A stretch of 64,000 nucleotides of DNA from an uncultured delta proteobacterium. Lineage in GTDB: Bacteria; Myxococcota_A; Polyangia; Polyangiales; B10-G4. The stretch spans positions 928,001-992,000 of the forward strand of contig CAVSGI010000010.1 of the NCBI GenBank assembly GCA_963727445.1. The letters are read 5' to 3'. Shown here one piece after another: positions 42,569 through 52,203 of the stretch (the first letter of the stretch is position 1; each line of letters opens with the position of its first letter). A program made the position numbers and the translations under genes. The notes beneath the pieces are model-generated. The model was not told the origin of the DNA, did no database searches, and saw only the letters and a program-made list of their open reading frames with translations.

Positions 42569-43579
42569 ATGATTCGAAAAACCGCCATCCTGCTGGCGCT
42601 CTTGGGCTGGGGCTGCAGCGCGAACACGCCCGCTGCGTCCAGCGATCTCTGTGAACGGGCCGCTGCCCACGTCTCGACTTGCTTCGAAGGGGCCGACGTC
42701 CAGACGAGCGGCTGCGACGAGGCGCGCGCCGCGGCCGCCCTCGACCAGACCTGCGCCGAGCTACGTGAGAGCGGAGACAAGGCCGACTGCAGCGTCTTCA
42801 CCTGGTGGGAGTGCTACGGCGGCGGCGGAAGCAGTGATGCGTCGGGCGGCAAGCTCCAGATCAGCGTCGACGAGTGCCTGAACGACTTCACGGGCAGCTG
42901 CGCCGGCGTCTCCGCGGTCGCCTGCGCCGCGGTCACGGTCGAGACGGCGAGCGGTGACGTGGTGGCCGAAGGCTTCACCAGTGGCCACGGCGGCTTCGCA
43001 GTGGAAGACCTCGAAGCCGGTGGCGAGTACGTCGTCCGCGTGAAGCGGCGGGACGGGACCGTACCGGACGCGACCTTCGGCGATTACGTGGAGGAGATCG
43101 CTCCCGCCGAGGCGCACGTCACCATCGACGGCGACACCACCCGCCTCGACCTGCGCCTGGTCCACGGCGAGCGCGGCGAGGTCTACTCCTGCGCCAGCCT
43201 CGAGGTGCGCTCGAAGGTGATGGCCGACGGTGAGCAGGTCGACCCGGACGAGCAGGAGTGGGACTGGATCGCGGTCTTCGAAGGCGCCGATGGCCCGATC
43301 GGCGACCCCTCCCGCAGCTACCGCGCCTACGACTCCGAAGACGACTTCAGCTCGTTCCGAGAGCTCGACCTCCGGCCCGGCGACTACACCGTCGCCTACC
43401 ACCGCGTGTCGGTCCCCGACTACGCGCGCCTTCCCAACCGCAATCAGGAGCTCCTCGACACCTACGAGGTCTACGGCGCCGAGCCGCAGGTCGTGAGCGT
43501 GACCATCGGCGAGGGCGACATCGGCACCGAGGTCGCCTCCGACGTCTTCGTCCTCGAGGATCCGACCCCGGGGGAGTGA
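42569..43579 (+). CDS. Cys-rich lipoprotein with beta-sandwich (prealbumin-like) domains
   Basis: Lipobox LGWGC; several Cys pairs; TSGHGGFAVEDLEAGGEYVVRV and LRPGDYTV strands. Confidence 0.75.
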   Translation: MIRKTAILLALLGWGCSANTPAASSDLCERAAAHVSTCFEGADVQTSGCDEARAAAALDQTCAELRESGDKADCSVFTWWECYGGGGSSDASGGKLQISVDECLNDFTGSCAGVSAVACAAVTVETASGDVVAEGFTSGHGGFAVEDLEAGGEYVVRVKRRDGTVPDATFGDYVEEIAPAEAHVTIDGDTTRLDLRLVHGERGEVYSCASLEVRSKVMADGEQVDPDEQEWDWIAVFEGADGPIGDPSRSYRAYDSEDDFSSFRELDLRPGDYTVAYHRVSVPDYARLPNRNQELLDTYEVYGAEPQVVSVTIGEGDIGTEVASDVFVLEDPTPGE

Positions 43580-43581
43580 CG

Positions 43582-44751
43582 ATGCCGGCCATGACGGATG
43601 GTGCGCGCCCCCTCGACGGCGTCCGCGTCCTCGAGGTCGGTCAGCTCCTCGCGGGTCCCTTCGCCGGCACCTATCTCGGCTGGTTCGGCGCCGACGTCGT
43701 CAAAGTCGAGCCACCCGGCGGCGATCCGATCCGCGGTTGGCGGATGCTCGAGGAGGACGGCACCAGCGTCTGGTGGCGCTCCCTCGCCCGCAACAAGCGC
43801 TCCCTGGTCCTCGACCTGCGCACGGAGGAGGGGCGCGCGACCCTGCGAGAGCTCGCCCTCGCCGCCGACGTCTTGATCGAGAACTTCCGGCCCGGTCGCA
43901 TGGAGGAGTGGGGGCTCGGCCCCGAGGAGCTCCTCGCCGAAAAGCCCGGGCTGGTCTACGCGCGGGTCTCGGGTTTCGGTCAGACCGGCCCCGATCGGGA
44001 GCGCCCGGGGTACGCGGCGGTGTGCGAAGCGGTCGGCGGCCTTCGCCACCTGATCGGCGAGCCTGGGCAGGCGCCGATGCGTCCGAACCTCAGCCTCGGC
44101 GATACGCTCGGAGGCCTGCACGCCGCGCTGGGTATCCTCCTCGCCCTCCGCCAGCGCGACCGAACGGGGCGCGGACAGGTCGTGGACGTCGCGCTCACCG
44201 AAGCGGTCTTCGACATGCTGGAAGCGGTGATCCCGGAGCACGACCGCTTCGGCGTGAGCCGGGCTCCCTCGGGCACGACCATCACCGGCGTGGTCCCCTC
44301 GAACGCCTATCCGTGCGCAGACGGAAGGTGGGTGGTGATCGGCGCCAACGGTGACTCGATCTTTCGCCGGCTGATGCAGACCATCGGCCGGGAGGACCTG
44401 GCGGCGGACGATTCGCTCGCCACCAACGCGGGCCGCGTGGCGCGCGCTCGAGAGCTCGACGCGGCGATCGGCGCGTGGACGAAGGATCGGAGCGCCGCGC
44501 TCGTCTGCCAGGAGTTGGTGGCGGCCTCGGTGCCGGTGGGGACGATCCGCGACGCCGCCGCGCTCCGTGAAGACCCCCACTTTCAGGCGCGGGGGCTCTT
44601 CGAGAGGGTCGAGACCCCGAGCGGCCCGCTCGTGATTCCGGCGCTCGCCCCCCGACTCGCGGACACGCCCGGGCGAAGCGAGCGGGCGGGGCCGGAGCTG
44701 GATGCGGATCGACAATCCGTCCTCTTGGATTGGCTCGGATCTGCCCCATAG
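43582..44751 (+). CDS. Family III CoA-transferase (CaiB/BaiF)
   Basis: PLDGVRVLE, AGPF, GADVVKVEPP, RNKRSLVLDL, ENFRPG, SGFGQTGP. Confidence 0.95.
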   Translation: MPAMTDGARPLDGVRVLEVGQLLAGPFAGTYLGWFGADVVKVEPPGGDPIRGWRMLEEDGTSVWWRSLARNKRSLVLDLRTEEGRATLRELALAADVLIENFRPGRMEEWGLGPEELLAEKPGLVYARVSGFGQTGPDRERPGYAAVCEAVGGLRHLIGEPGQAPMRPNLSLGDTLGGLHAALGILLALRQRDRTGRGQVVDVALTEAVFDMLEAVIPEHDRFGVSRAPSGTTITGVVPSNAYPCADGRWVVIGANGDSIFRRLMQTIGREDLAADDSLATNAGRVARARELDAAIGAWTKDRSAALVCQELVAASVPVGTIRDAAALREDPHFQARGLFERVETPSGPLVIPALAPRLADTPGRSERAGPELDADRQSVLLDWLGSAP

Positions 44752-44761
44752 TGATCCCGTC

Positions 44762-45919
44762 TTGCTGGTCCGCCTCATCACAGACCTCTCCGAAGTCGAC
44801 GCGGAGGCGTGGGACGCCCTGACCGGTGAGGACGACCCCTTCGTCGAGCACGCCTTTCTGGCCGCGCTCGAGGAGAGCGGATCCGTCGGCGGCAAGACCG
44901 GGTGGGACCCGTGCCACCTGACGGTCTGGGAGGGCGACCGGCTGATCGGCGCGCTGCCGCTCTACCAGAAGGACCACAGCTACGGCGAGTACATCTTCGA
45001 TTGGGCGTGGGCCGACGCGGCGATGCGCATCGGCATCCCCTACTACCCGAAGCTCGTCTCGATGGTGCCGATGACCCCGGCCACCGGCCGCCGCCTTCTC
45101 GTGCACCCGGAGGCCGATCGCGACGAGGTGGTCGCCGCGCTGGTTCAGGGCGCGCTCGCGGTGGCCGAGGAGCTCGACGCGTCCTCGGTGCACTTCAACT
45201 TCCTGACGGAAGAGGAGCGCGCCGATCTCTCGATCCACCCCGCGCTGATGAGCCGGATGACCCAGCAGTTCCACTGGCACAACGAAGGCTACGAGAGCTT
45301 CGACGACTTCCTCGGCCGCATGCGGTCCTCGAACCGCAAGCAGATCCGGAAGGAGCGCCGGCGCGTCGCCGAGTCCGGCCTCCGTGTGGAAGTGAAGACC
45401 GGCGAAGAGCTCACGCAGCCGGACTGGCGCGCCCTGCATCACTTCTATCGCGACACCTGCGGTCGCAAGGGCTCCTATCCCTACCTCACCCGGAAGTTCT
45501 TCACGCTCCTGCCCGAACGCCTCGCGCATCGGGTGGTCGCCGCCATCGCCTACGACGGCGATCGCCCCGTCGCCGGCACCTTGAACTTCGAGAAGGGCGC
45601 GCACATCTACGGCCGCTACTGGGGCGCAGAGGCCGACTACGACATGTTGCACTTCGAGCTCTGCTACTACCGCCTCATCGAGCGCGCGATCGACGAGAAG
45701 ATGACGCGCTTCGAGGCCGGCGCACAGGGAATGCACAAGCTCAAGCGCGGTCTGATGCCGGTTCCCATCCACAGCGTGCACTTCATGCGGCACCGGGTGC
45801 TGGCTGAGGCGGTGGGCGACTTCTTGCCGCGGGAGGCCGCTTCGACCCGCATGCGCATCGAAGAGCTGGCCGCCCACGGCCCCTTCCGGCGCGGCGAAAG
45901 CGAAGAGGAAAAGGCGTGA
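44762..45919 (+). CDS. GNAT-fold FemAB-like (DUF482) protein
   Basis: PFVEHAFLAALEESG, HSYGEYIFDWAWA, YYPKL, YGRYWG, HFELCYY, EAGAQG.HKL.RG. Confidence 0.92.
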   Translation: MLVRLITDLSEVDAEAWDALTGEDDPFVEHAFLAALEESGSVGGKTGWDPCHLTVWEGDRLIGALPLYQKDHSYGEYIFDWAWADAAMRIGIPYYPKLVSMVPMTPATGRRLLVHPEADRDEVVAALVQGALAVAEELDASSVHFNFLTEEERADLSIHPALMSRMTQQFHWHNEGYESFDDFLGRMRSSNRKQIRKERRRVAESGLRVEVKTGEELTQPDWRALHHFYRDTCGRKGSYPYLTRKFFTLLPERLAHRVVAAIAYDGDRPVAGTLNFEKGAHIYGRYWGAEADYDMLHFELCYYRLIERAIDEKMTRFEAGAQGMHKLKRGLMPVPIHSVHFMRHRVLAEAVGDFLPREAASTRMRIEELAAHGPFRRGESEEEKA

Positions 45920-45974
45920 AATAGGCGAGGCCGGGTCTCCGTAGGGAAGCCGAACCCATGACGGAGAACGGAAA

Positions 45975-46910
45975 ATGAAGCGAATCGCCCTCGCCGCCAC
46001 CCTGGCGGCCATCCTCATGCCCAGCGCCATCGCCGCCGCCCAGGTCACCGACCGGATCACCTTCGGTGGAGACGTCACGGTCGCGGCCGGCGAGGTCGTG
46101 AACGACGTCGTGACGATGGGAGGCGACGCGTCGATCGAAGGCGAGGTGCGCGGCGACGTGGTGACCATGGGCGGCGATCTCGACGTCGCCGACTCTGGTC
46201 ACGTCTTCGGCGAAGCGGTCACCATGGGCGGCGACGTGACGGTCGAAGACAGCGGGCGGATCGATGGACGCGTGCAGACCTTCGGCGGCGAAGCGGAGGG
46301 CACCGGGATCGCGGCCACGCCTTCCACGCCCGACACGCCCCGGGTGCACGTCGACCTCGGGCCCGGCCATTCGCCCGAGCACGGCTGGAGCTTCGGCGAG
46401 TGGGTGGTCGACACGATTCAGAGCTTCGTGAGCCACGTGCTCCTCTTCATCCTGGGCCTGCTGCTGATGGGCGTCGCCAAGGAGCGCTACGAGGCGCTTC
46501 AGGTGACCATCGTCAAGAAGCCCCTGCCCTCCTTCGGCTACGGCGTGCTCGGCATCGTCGGTGCGCTCCTCGCCATCGTCGTGCTCGCGATCACCATCAT
46601 CGGCATCCCCGCCGCGGTCCTCGGCGCCGTCGCCCTGCCCATCGCGGTCTACATCGGCCTGGCGGCGTTCGCGGCGGTCTTCGGCGCGGCGCTCCCGATC
46701 GAGCAGCTCCGCGGAAAGCCGGTGCTCCAGCTCGCCGCCGGCGTGGGCACGCTCTGGCTGCTCTCGCTCATCCCCTTCATGGGCGCCTTCGCCACCGCGG
46801 TCGCCGCGGCTCTGGGCCTGGGGGCGCTCTTCATCACGCGCTTCCGCACCACCGCCCAGCTGCCGCCCGACCCCACCCCGGCCGGCCCCTACCGGACGTC
46901 GACGGTCTGA
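45975..46910 (+). CDS. Membrane protein with N-terminal bactofilin-like (VTMGGD) beta-solenoid repeats
   Basis: Signal peptide; about 5 repeats of the form VxGDVVTMGGDxxV; multi-TM C-terminus with ITIIGIP. Confidence 0.85.
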   Translation: MKRIALAATLAAILMPSAIAAAQVTDRITFGGDVTVAAGEVVNDVVTMGGDASIEGEVRGDVVTMGGDLDVADSGHVFGEAVTMGGDVTVEDSGRIDGRVQTFGGEAEGTGIAATPSTPDTPRVHVDLGPGHSPEHGWSFGEWVVDTIQSFVSHVLLFILGLLLMGVAKERYEALQVTIVKKPLPSFGYGVLGIVGALLAIVVLAITIIGIPAAVLGAVALPIAVYIGLAAFAAVFGAALPIEQLRGKPVLQLAAGVGTLWLLSLIPFMGAFATAVAAALGLGALFITRFRTTAQLPPDPTPAGPYRTSTV

Positions 46911-46987
46911 GCGCCCGGCGCGGGCGTCAATGTGAAGAAGTGTTGAGATCGATTGACGCTCGCGCCCTGCCGACCCACCTGAAACAC

Positions 46988-47605
46988 GTGGAGGAGAGTG
47001 AGCTCACCGTCGGCGCTGCGCGCGCTGCTTTCTTTCGTGCCAACGGTTTTCCCGCCGACGGCGGATACGAGGACGAGTTCGCCGAGGCAGACTTCGGGCC
47101 GCTCCGCTATCGCGTGCCCAACACTCGAGCGAGAGGCCGCGCCCTGATGGTCCACGACCTCCATCACGTCGCCACCGGCTACCCCACGGATTGGCGCGGC
47201 GAAGCGGAGATCAGCGCGTGGGAGCTCGGCAGTCGCCTCGGCGTCACCCACCCCTACGCGTGGATCACAGTGCTCTTCGGCGTCTTCACCGGCATCCTCG
47301 GTCATCTCGGCGCAACGTTTCGCGCCTTCACCCGCGGCCGTCGCTCCGAGAACCTCTACGGCGAACGCTTCGATCCGGAGTGGCTGAAGCGCCGCCTGAG
47401 CACCCTCCGAGCGGAGCTGAGCGTGAGCGAAGAGCCGCCGCGCCCCCGATTCGTCGACGCCCTTCTCTTCGCCGGATGGTCGGTCCTGGCGCTCGCTTTC
47501 GGGGTCGTCGCCCTCCCCTTCGTGGCGCTGTCGGTTCTCGACGCAGCACGCCGGCAGCTCGCGGTCTGTCCCTTCGCCGCCGCCAGCTGCTCCAGCCGCT
47601 CCTGA
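46988..47605 (+). CDS. Hypothetical membrane protein with an HDxxH..E motif (Coq4-like)
   Basis: HDLHHVATGYPTDWRGEAEISAWELG. Start uncertain. Confidence 0.7.
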   Translation: MEESELTVGAARAAFFRANGFPADGGYEDEFAEADFGPLRYRVPNTRARGRALMVHDLHHVATGYPTDWRGEAEISAWELGSRLGVTHPYAWITVLFGVFTGILGHLGATFRAFTRGRRSENLYGERFDPEWLKRRLSTLRAELSVSEEPPRPRFVDALLFAGWSVLALAFGVVALPFVALSVLDAARRQLAVCPFAAASCSSRS

Positions 47606-47838
47606 GAACGGATCACAAAGGGCCCGAAGTGCGGTTATCATTCGGCGGTGAACGCTCGCCTGAATGTCGGGGGGAATCGGCGCCACCCAGATCTCGTCAT
47701 GCCGCCGGAGCGCCTTTGAAGAATCCGGGGAAGGGCGACGAAGCGCCGGCGTATGACGCATCGGAGACGGATGATGCGCCCCCGAGCGCTCCAGAATCGC
47801 AAGGTGACGAAGTGCGACCGACGACGCGATTTCAACGG

Positions 47839-48808
47839 ATGGCACCGCCGCGGCAGCCGCTGCCGACGACTCCCGATCCGAAGTACCTGAAGGACACCCT
47901 CGAGGATTTCGACGACGCCATCTCCCAGCTCCAGATTCGAGCGCGCGAGCGGGTGGGCGAGTCCCTGGCGGGGCGCTACGAGCTGCGCAACGTCCTGGGC
48001 GCCGGCGGGGCGGGTGCGGTCTACTCGGCCTTCGATCACGAGACGGGCGAGCGCGTCGCGATCAAGCTCCTGCACGCGGGGCTCCACCAGTCGAAGGAGC
48101 ACGTGGCTCGATTCGAGCGGGAGGCGCGCGCCGCCGCCGCCATCGGGCACTCGAGCGTGGTGAACGTCCTCGAGGTAGTGAACACGCGAAACAATCTCTT
48201 CATGGTGCTCGAGCTCCTCGACGGCGAAGCGCTCTTCTACGCGATCGAGGATCGACGCCTCTCTCTCGGGGACGTCCTCGAGGTCGGCCGACAGCTCCTC
48301 GGCGCCCTCGCCGCCGCACACGCGCGCGACATCATCCACCGTGACGTCAAACCGGAGAACGTCTTCCTCTGCCGCGATCCCAGCGGCGCCCTGCGGGTGA
48401 AGCTCCTCGACTTCGGCATCGCCAAGATGCTCCGGCGCGACGTCGCCACCACCTTCAGCACCCTCGACGGCATGGTGGTCGGAACCCCGCACTACATGAG
48501 CCCGCAGATGTGCGCCGGTGAGCCCGCGACGCCCGGCGCCGACATCTGGGCCGCGGGCGCGCTCCTCTTCCACGCCCTCGCCGGCCAACCGCCCTTCGAC
48601 GACGATCACATCGGGCGGCTGCTGATGCGCATCGTGCGGGACCCGGCACCTTCGCTCCGAACCCATCGGCCGGATCTGCCCCCGGGAGATCATCGCCGCG
48701 GTCGACAAGGCGCTGGCCCAGGATCCCGATGCACGTTGGAAGAGCGCCCAGGCTTTCGCAGACGCGCTGAGCCTCGGAGGCGCGCCAATCGACGACCTCG
48801 ACTACTGA
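47839..48808 (+). pseudogene. Ser/Thr protein kinase with a +1 frameshift near the C-terminus (may be an assembly error)
   Basis: GAGGAGAVY, VAIK, HRDVKPEN, DFG, GTPHYMSP. The kinase tail (EIIAAVDKALAQDPDARW) continues in another frame after CCCCCGGG (about 48685) to TGA 48808. Confidence 0.85.
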
Positions 48809-48817
48809 GCCCGCGGC

Positions 48818-48833
48818 CGGCACGCCCCTTGCT
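48818..48833 (+). promoter_or_regulatory. Sigma-54 (-24/-12) promoter
   Basis: CGGCACGCCCCTTGCT, near-consensus TGGCACG-N4-TTGC. Confidence 0.75.
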
Positions 48834-48845
48834 CCAGCTGCAACC

Positions 48846-49832
48846 ATGACGCTCGTTTTGTGCCGAGTCGTGCCGTTCCTCTGCGCGTGCTCAGTCCTCG
48901 TTGGATGTTTTGGATCCCACGACACGCCCCCCGGGGGAGGCGATGGCGGCGTGCCCGATTCGGGTCGGCGCACCGACAGCGGCACTTCGCCCGATGGCGG
49001 CATCGTGGACGGCGGAGGATTCGACTCGAGCACGCCCTGGGACGGTGGCGCCCTCGACTGCCCTGCCTCGCCCATGGATCTGTTCTGCGGGACCGACACC
49101 GTGTTCGCCGGTCTTCCGCAGACGCTCGAGGTGCTGGTGGGTGGCGCCGACCGCTGCTACTGCGGGGAGACGGTCGACTGCGCGGTGAGCCTCGGCGAAG
49201 AGCCGCACACGCTCGTGATCTCCGCCGGACTCTGCACGCCATCCATACTCTGCGACGGATGCATGCCCTACGCGCGCGGCGAGTGTGCGCTGCCGGCCCT
49301 GGACGAAGGAAGCTGGCGCGTCGACGTCAACGGGGCGCCGGCCTTCGAGCTGAACGTGCTCGATCCGGGCGTCATGCCGGAGTGGGGCGCTGAGTGCACG
49401 AGCCCCGCCCGGGTGGAGGACGAGAGCTGCGGTCTCTCCTGGCCGCCGGGCGACAGCACCTTCGACCAGGCGTGTCACCCGTCCGCGGTCCTCGCCGACA
49501 CGCGTGCCGAGATCCACGTCACCACCTCGTGCGGCGGCTGTGGCCAGAGCGCCGGCCCTTGCGAGGTGGAGATCTTCGACGACGTGATCCACGTGCGACC
49601 CTCGACCGCCTACTCGGGGTGCGACTACGACTGCCCACCGGTCTGCGAGGTTCGAACCGACGTCTGCACCACGCCTCCCCTGCCCGAAGGGACCTGGCAC
49701 TTGATCATCGACGGTCCCGCTGGCCTCGAGAGCACCATCGTGTCGACGCGAGACCCGGCGCCCCCCGATGAGCTCTGCTTCGGCGCAGCCAGCGGCGGGA
49801 CGAGCGGAGGCGCCGGCGCCGGCGGCCCCTGA
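48846..49832 (+). CDS. Cys-rich lipoprotein with two repeated disulfide-rich domains
   Basis: Lipobox LVGC; DGG/DSG linker; internal duplication (ECALPALDEGSWRV vs VCTTPPLPEGTWHL). Confidence 0.8.
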   Translation: MTLVLCRVVPFLCACSVLVGCFGSHDTPPGGGDGGVPDSGRRTDSGTSPDGGIVDGGGFDSSTPWDGGALDCPASPMDLFCGTDTVFAGLPQTLEVLVGGADRCYCGETVDCAVSLGEEPHTLVISAGLCTPSILCDGCMPYARGECALPALDEGSWRVDVNGAPAFELNVLDPGVMPEWGAECTSPARVEDESCGLSWPPGDSTFDQACHPSAVLADTRAEIHVTTSCGGCGQSAGPCEVEIFDDVIHVRPSTAYSGCDYDCPPVCEVRTDVCTTPPLPEGTWHLIIDGPAGLESTIVSTRDPAPPDELCFGAASGGTSGGAGAGGP

Positions 49833-49836
49833 AGGG

Positions 49837-52165
49837 TCAACGCCGCCAGAATCTCGGACGCGCGCCTGGCCACGAGCGCCCGCGCGGCCGCGAAGCGCGC
49901 GTCGCCACGCATGGGTGCGAGCGACGGGCAGTTGTCGACCCAGTTGAGGTCGAGGAGGACTCCCTTCGCCGCCACCTCCAGACAATCGAAGGCGAGGTCG
50001 AGAGCGCCAGCGGTGCAGAAGACCTCGGCGCCGATCTGGTGGATCAACACATCGAAGCGCGGATTGGCGAGCCACTCGGGAGCCCTGTCGATCATCTCGA
50101 GCGCGGCTTTCGATTCTCCCTCCCCGACGGCAACGGCGCAGAGCAACGCGACGCGCTCCGCCGCTTTGGTGCCGACGTCGCGGACGCCGGCGAGCCGCTG
50201 ATTGGCCTCCTCCATCTCGCCTCGCCAGAGCGCCGCGCGGAAGCGACCCATTGCCGCGGGAAGCGAGTGTCCGATCTCGCTCTCGGCCACCGCCTGCGTG
50301 TGACGTCGATACGCCTCGAAGTCTCCCCGGAAGATCGCCGCGCGCCCAAGCGTCAGATGGCAGAGGGTGAGGGTCGGGTCGAGCTCGAGGGTGAGCTCGA
50401 GACGCCTGATGCCTTCCTCGACGCGGCCCGACTCGATCTGGAGCTCTCCGAGATAGTGCTGCGCCTCGGCCATGGTGGGTGCGATCTCGAGCGCCCGGCT
50501 GAGCGCCACCGCCGCTTCGCGGAACCGGCCCACCTGAACGTCCAGCATCGCGGCCGCCAGATGTGTCTCGGCGAGATCGGGCGCGCGACGCAGGGCACGT
50601 TCGACGCTCCGCTCGGCGCGCTGCCGCCGGACGTCTCCGTCGAGGGCGTGTGTTCCCCACCAACCCCGTACGCTCGCCATGGCGTGCGCGACCAGCCCCA
50701 CGGAGAAATCGGGCGCGAGCGCGATGCACTGGTCGAGGAGCTCGATGGCCTCTTCGGCGCGGATCATCGCGTCGCGCCGAAGCAGGCGCCGCGCACGCAG
50801 GTAGAGCGTGATGGCTTCCCGAGGCGCCTTGTGGCCATGCACCGCGGCGTCCACCTCGAGCCTGAGCGCTTCCGCGATGCGCCGGCCCATCGACTCCTGT
50901 AGCGCGAAGAGATCTTCCACGGTCCCCTCGAAGCGATCGTTCCAGCGCTGTAGAGCGGAGTCGGTATCGATCAAGCGCGCTGTGATGCGAACGCGGGAGC
51001 CCGCGAGCTGAACGGTGCCGTCGACCACCGAGTCGGCGCCGAGCTCGGCGGCGATGGCCTCCGGGTCCCGCGCTTTCGCGAAGCGACGGGTCGCCCCCAC
51101 GGCCAGCACCTTCAGTCCCCGCGTTCGCGAGAGCACGTCCACCAGCTCCTCCGCGAGGCCGTCGCCCAGGTAGTCGCTTTCTGGGCTTCCCCGATAGTCG
51201 AAGGGCAGAACGGCGATCGTATGCTCGCCTGGGGACGCGATGGGCGCGTAGAGCGACTGGCTCGCGCGCGCGCTGACCTCGGGGCTCGCATCACCGCTCA
51301 GAAAGGCGTCGAGCGCTCGCGTCACCACCGACATCGACGCCGGGCGTCCAGCGGGATCGCGCGCCGTACACGACAGGAAGAGGTTCGCCAGGGCGTCGGG
51401 GACCGCCGTGACGTCGCGCGGGTCCAGGGGGTCGCGATGCAACCGCGCAGCGGCCACGGCGATCGGAGTGTCTCCCTCGAAGGGCAGGCGCCCGGTCAAG
51501 AGCTCGAAGAGGATCAAGCCGAAGGCGTAGACGTCGCTGCGTGGGTCTGCCTTCCGACCCGACACCTGCTCCGGGCTCATGTAGTGGGGCGTACCGACGA
51601 GCATCCCCGTCTCGTGGGTCTTCGCCTCCGAAGCCATCGCCCGCGCGATCCCGAAGTCGGTCAGCACGACGCGTCCCTCGTTCGCCAACAAGACGTTGGC
51701 CGGCTTCAGGTCGCGATGAATGATGCCCGCCTCGTGCGCCGCCTCGAGCCCCATGGCGATGTCACGCGCGATGCGAGCGGCACGAATTGGGTCGAGCGCG
51801 CCCTGCTCTTCGAGGATCGCGTCGAGCGCGCGACCCTCGACGTATTCCATGGTCAGGTAGCGCACCTCTCCGACTTCGCCGAAATCGTGGATCCGCGCGA
51901 CGTTCGGGTGGGTGACCTTCCGCGCGAGTCGCACCTCGCCCCGAAAGCGCTCGAGGGCGCGGTCCGACGCCAACGTCAGCAGCTTCAGCGCCACCGTCTC
52001 GCCGAGCGCCCGATCGCGAACGCGATAGACCGCGCCCATCCCACCGCGCCCCAAGAGCGCTTCGACCTCGTAGCGACCGGCGAACTCCTGGCCGGGCGCG
52101 AGCGTCATGCCCAGCGCATCCCCCGCTTCGGCGGCGCGGATGGTGTCGTCGATACCCGAGCTCAT
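49837..52165 (-). CDS. Ser/Thr kinase - TolB-N/FlgO-like - TPR protein
   Basis: GRGGMGAVY, HRDLKPAN, DFG; IAVLPF..GDGLAEELVDVLSR..GSRVRITARLID; TPRs. The track extends it to 49625, overlapping the opposite gene; the true end is probably near 49837. Confidence 0.9.
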
Positions 52166-52203
52166 CCGCGTTCATCGTACCGCAGCGGCAGAGCCAGGTG
52201 AGG

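Noticed and set aside
32654..49855. Programmed frameshifting or phase variation as a shared explanation for the split genes
   Set aside because: The sites are unrelated, sit in short runs and affect unrelated genes; assembly indels are the simpler explanation until reads are checked.
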